Assembly: GCF_000709555.1 (NCBI RefSeq)
Contig: NZ_CP006873.1
Span: 210,001-242,000 of the forward strand
Origin: Candidatus Saccharimonadota bacterium
GTDB taxonomy: Bacteria; Bacteroidota; Bacteroidia; Flavobacteriales; Blattabacteriaceae
Direction: 5' to 3'
DNA: 32,000 nucleotides
Part shown: positions 29,757 through 32,000 of the stretch, in pieces
Numbering within the stretch: the stretch's first letter is position 1
How the letters are laid out: every line of letters starts with the position of its first letter
Position numbers and translations under genes: made by a program
The notes under the pieces: generated by a model
Seen by the model: only the letters and a program-made list of their open reading frames with translations
Database searches by the model: none
What the model was told of the DNA's origin: nothing

Positions 29757-29787
29757 TGATAAGAACTAATCTTATCATTTTTTTTTT
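29757..29787 (+). terminator. Candidate intrinsic terminator downstream of rng
   Basis: The stem is TGATAAG (29757-29763) paired with CTTATCA (29771-29777), with a 7-nt loop, followed by T10 (29778-29787). The stem is AT-rich and therefore weak. Confidence 0.5.
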
Positions 29788-29870
29788 GCGGGTGTGGTGG
29801 AATTGGTAGACACGCTAGACTTAGGATCTAGTACTGAAAAAGTGTGGGGGTTCGAGTCCCTTCACCCGCA
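29788..29870 (+). tRNA. tRNA-Leu (anticodon UAG), type II
   Basis: Acceptor is GCGGGTG/CACCCGC. Anticodon stem is CTAGA/TCTAG with loop CTTAGGA. There is a long variable arm. T arm is GGGGG-TTCGAGT-CCCTT. Discriminator is A. Confidence 0.92.
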
Positions 29871-30009
29871 CGACAATCATTTTGGAAAAAATGTAATATG
29901 TAATATGTAATATTTGATATTCATAGCACTGATACAATCTGTCTCTATTTTCAGAGTCGTTCTATGAAAAAATTGACAAAAACTGTGCTTGGGTAGTAAT
30001 CTTTTCTTT

Positions 30010-30858
30010 ATGGAATGTCTTAAAATAGCTTTACAAAAATCCGGTAGACTGTATACAGATTCGATAGAACTACTGAAAGATTGTGGTATAGAAATGAATT
30101 TAGGAAAACAGCTTAATACAAAGTCTCTTAATTTTCCAATGGAGATTTTATTTTTACGAGATGATGATATTCCTAAATACATAGAAGATGGAGTAGCTGA
30201 TGTAGGTATTGTAGGGAAAAATCTTATTTTAGAAAAAAAGAAAAATATTAATATTATAGAATATCTAGGTTTTGGCCGTTGTCGTCTATCTATTGCTGTA
30301 CCTGAAAATTTTCATTATACAAGATTAGACGATCTTGACGAAAAACGAATTGCCACAAGTCATCCTACGCTTTTAAGCGCTTTTTTAAAAAAAAGCCAGA
30401 TCAAAGCGCACATTCATCATATAAGCGGATCGGTAGAAATTGCACCGAATATAGGAATATCTGATGCTGTTTGTGATTTAGTTAGTAGCGGGGAAACACT
30501 GTTTATCAACAATCTTAAAGAGATAGAAACTATCCTGGAATCGGAAGCTGTATTAACATCCTATCCACACATGAAATCGTCTAAAAAATCTATTGCGGAA
30601 ATATTATATTGTAGAATACAGGCAGTTAAAAGAGCTAGAACCAATAAGTATCTGATACTCAATGCTACTAATGATAATTTAGAAGAAATATTATCTTGTC
30701 TCTCTGGAAGTCCTACAGTACTTCCCTTAAATAATACTAAATGGATTGCAGTGCACGCTATAATAGAAGAAAGATATCTATGGAACAAGATAGAAAAACT
30801 TAAAAGATTGGGTGCAAAAGACTTATTGGTTCTCCCCATTAAAAAAATGATGATTTAA
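30010..30858 (+). CDS. hisG: ATP phosphoribosyltransferase, long form
   Basis: From the internal Met the sequence reads MECLKIALQKSGRLYTDSIELLKDCGI, and the DLVSSGETL motif is present. About 283 aa, including the C-terminal regulatory domain. Confidence 0.92.
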   Translation: MECLKIALQKSGRLYTDSIELLKDCGIEMNLGKQLNTKSLNFPMEILFLRDDDIPKYIEDGVADVGIVGKNLILEKKKNINIIEYLGFGRCRLSIAVPENFHYTRLDDLDEKRIATSHPTLLSAFLKKSQIKAHIHHISGSVEIAPNIGISDAVCDLVSSGETLFINNLKEIETILESEAVLTSYPHMKSSKKSIAEILYCRIQAVKRARTNKYLILNATNDNLEEILSCLSGSPTVLPLNNTKWIAVHAIIEERYLWNKIEKLKRLGAKDLLVLPIKKMMI

Positions 30859-30892
30859 AAAAAAATAGGAGGTCCTCAAAATATAAAAACTA

Positions 30893-31978
30893 ATGAAAAA
30901 AAAGTTTCTTTTCATTGAAAGAGAGGGGCCTATAATTATAGAAAATCCTACCCCAGTTATTTTCTATCCAGGAGTATTTTCATTTCTTTCACGTATATTC
31001 TCTGAACTCGATTATGAACTAGTCATAGGGACTAATCAAGAGGGACTAGGGACAGAAAACTTTCCAGAAGAAAAATTTTGGCCAAAACAAGAATATATCA
31101 TGAAAACTTTTGAAGGTGAGGGTATTTATTTTTCTTCTGTACATATTTATCGGACTCTGGCAAAAGAAAACGCATATACCAGAAAATCTTGGACTGATAT
31201 GCTTCTAACTAATTATGATATTTCAAATTCTTTTTTTATAGGGGATATAATTACATATGTTCTCTTAGCTCAAAATCTTGGTTGTAAAGCGATATGGATG
31301 AATAAGGAAAATTGTAAGACGAGTCAAGAACTTAACCCTTTGATCTCTTTTGAAACCGTTTTTTGGAACCAAATTTATGAGTATCTTAAATTCGGACTTC
31401 GATGTAACACGAATAGACGTATCACTAATGAAACCGACATCAAAATTTCCCTGCAACTTGATGGTACTGGAAAAACTAATATCCATACTGGGCTCGGTTT
31501 TTTAAATCATATGCTTGAACAGATCGGTTGTCAGGGAAAATTTGACCTAACTATTAAGGTGCGTGGAGATCTACATATTGATGAACACCATACTATTGAA
31601 GATATTGGTCTCGCTCTTGGCGCTACTTTTACTAAAGCTTTAGGAGATAAGAAAGGAATTGTTAGATATGGATATTCTATATTACCTATGGATGATTCAC
31701 TAGCGAAAGTAGCGATGGATCTGGGAGGTCGAAGTCATTTAGTATGGAAGGTAAATTTTGGCATAGAAAAAATAGGTGATGTCCCTACAGAAATGTTTTC
31801 ACATTTTTTTAAATCTTTTTCTAATACAGCACACTGTAATATTCACATCCAAGCTGAAGGAAAGAACGAACATCATAAAATAGAAGCTATATTTAAAGCC
31901 TTTGCTAGAACACTTCATATGATTATCCGCAGAAATATAAATTACTATGAATTACCTACAACTAAAGGAATGCTATGA
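30893..31978 (+). CDS. hisB: Bifunctional HisB: imidazoleglycerol-phosphate dehydratase (C-domain intact) fused to a histidinol-phosphatase HAD domain whose catalytic motifs are degenerate
   Basis: The C-domain carries the IGPD motifs HIDEHHTIEDIGLALG and GKNEHHKIEAIFKAFARTL. The N-domain aligns to E. coli HisB-N, but FIDRDGT is FIEREGP and GDRATD is GDIITY. The CPH...CDCRKP zinc site is IYRT...AYTRKS. Confidence 0.93.
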   Translation: MKKKFLFIEREGPIIIENPTPVIFYPGVFSFLSRIFSELDYELVIGTNQEGLGTENFPEEKFWPKQEYIMKTFEGEGIYFSSVHIYRTLAKENAYTRKSWTDMLLTNYDISNSFFIGDIITYVLLAQNLGCKAIWMNKENCKTSQELNPLISFETVFWNQIYEYLKFGLRCNTNRRITNETDIKISLQLDGTGKTNIHTGLGFLNHMLEQIGCQGKFDLTIKVRGDLHIDEHHTIEDIGLALGATFTKALGDKKGIVRYGYSILPMDDSLAKVAMDLGGRSHLVWKVNFGIEKIGDVPTEMFSHFFKSFSNTAHCNIHIQAEGKNEHHKIEAIFKAFARTLHMIIRRNINYYELPTTKGML

Positions 31979-32000
31979 AAATTGTTATTGTTAAATATTC
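31975..32000 (+). CDS. hisH: Probable start of imidazole glycerol phosphate synthase glutaminase subunit HisH (3'-truncated by the window edge)
   Basis: ATG at 31975 overlaps the hisB stop (ATGA). MKIVIVKY is a typical HisH N-terminus, and this is the expected gene order after hisB. Only 8 codons are visible. Confidence 0.45.

Noticed and set aside
29891-30009. (ATGTAAT)x3 repeat, a TTGACA (29973-29978) with an AGTAAT -10-like box, and a 10-codon mini-ORF (MKKLTKTVLG, from 29964) upstream of hisG. These were considered as a his promoter or leader-peptide attenuator.
   Set aside because: The mini-ORF has no His codons. The -10-like box sits only ~10 nt from the hisG ATG. Bacteroidota promoters use a different consensus (TTTG / TAnnTTTG). 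The repeat is only 3 copies of AT-rich sequence. The evidence is insufficient for a regulatory call.
30867-30872. AGGAGG between hisG and hisB, considered as a Shine-Dalgarno site
   Set aside because: It lies 20 nt upstream of the hisB ATG, beyond the functional spacing. Bacteroidota generally make little use of SD pairing.

Overview
This is an AT-rich, gene-dense bacterial window that uses the standard genetic code (TGA and TAA act as stops). No homology search was run. All product calls rest on motif and synteny recognition and on hand translation.

Origin (inference): gene content and local synteny point to a strongly reduced Flavobacteriales (Bacteroidota) genome, most likely an obligate insect endosymbiont of the Blattabacterium/Sulcia/Uzinura/Walczuchella kind. 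The supporting features are:
- the miaB, sigma-54 EBP, secG, groES, groEL cluster
- nusA-infB
- an archaeal-type proS
- a DAHP synthase::chorismate mutase fusion
- an ActF-like subunit of alternative complex III

Intact housekeeping and provisioning genes: sufE, groEL/ES, secG, miaB, sucAB, alaS, trpS, cysS, proS, greA, rpsT, aroA, DAHPS/CM, infB, nusA, hisG, hisB and the start of hisH. There are also four tRNAs (Ala-GGC, Ser-GGA, Glu-UUC, Leu-UAG) and a candidate minimal RNase P RNA.

I found no defence system, mobile element or CRISPR array. The notable content is ongoing genome erosion:
1. The whole atpBEFHAG F-type ATP synthase operon (about 14.56-17.64 kb) survives only as a heavily deleted, frameshifted pseudogene array. 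actF and sucAB remain intact.
2. Perfect micro/minisatellites sit inside those pseudogenes and inside infB.
3. An RNase G gene is split at two poly(A) tracts. Each break is repairable by adding one A, so the gene is a candidate for rescue by transcriptional slippage.
4. The IF2 N-terminal domain has been split off as a separate 59-codon ORF.
5. hisG abuts hisB with no hisD or hisC between them, and the HisB phosphatase domain has lost its catalytic HAD residues. This suggests histidine biosynthesis is truncated before its last three steps.
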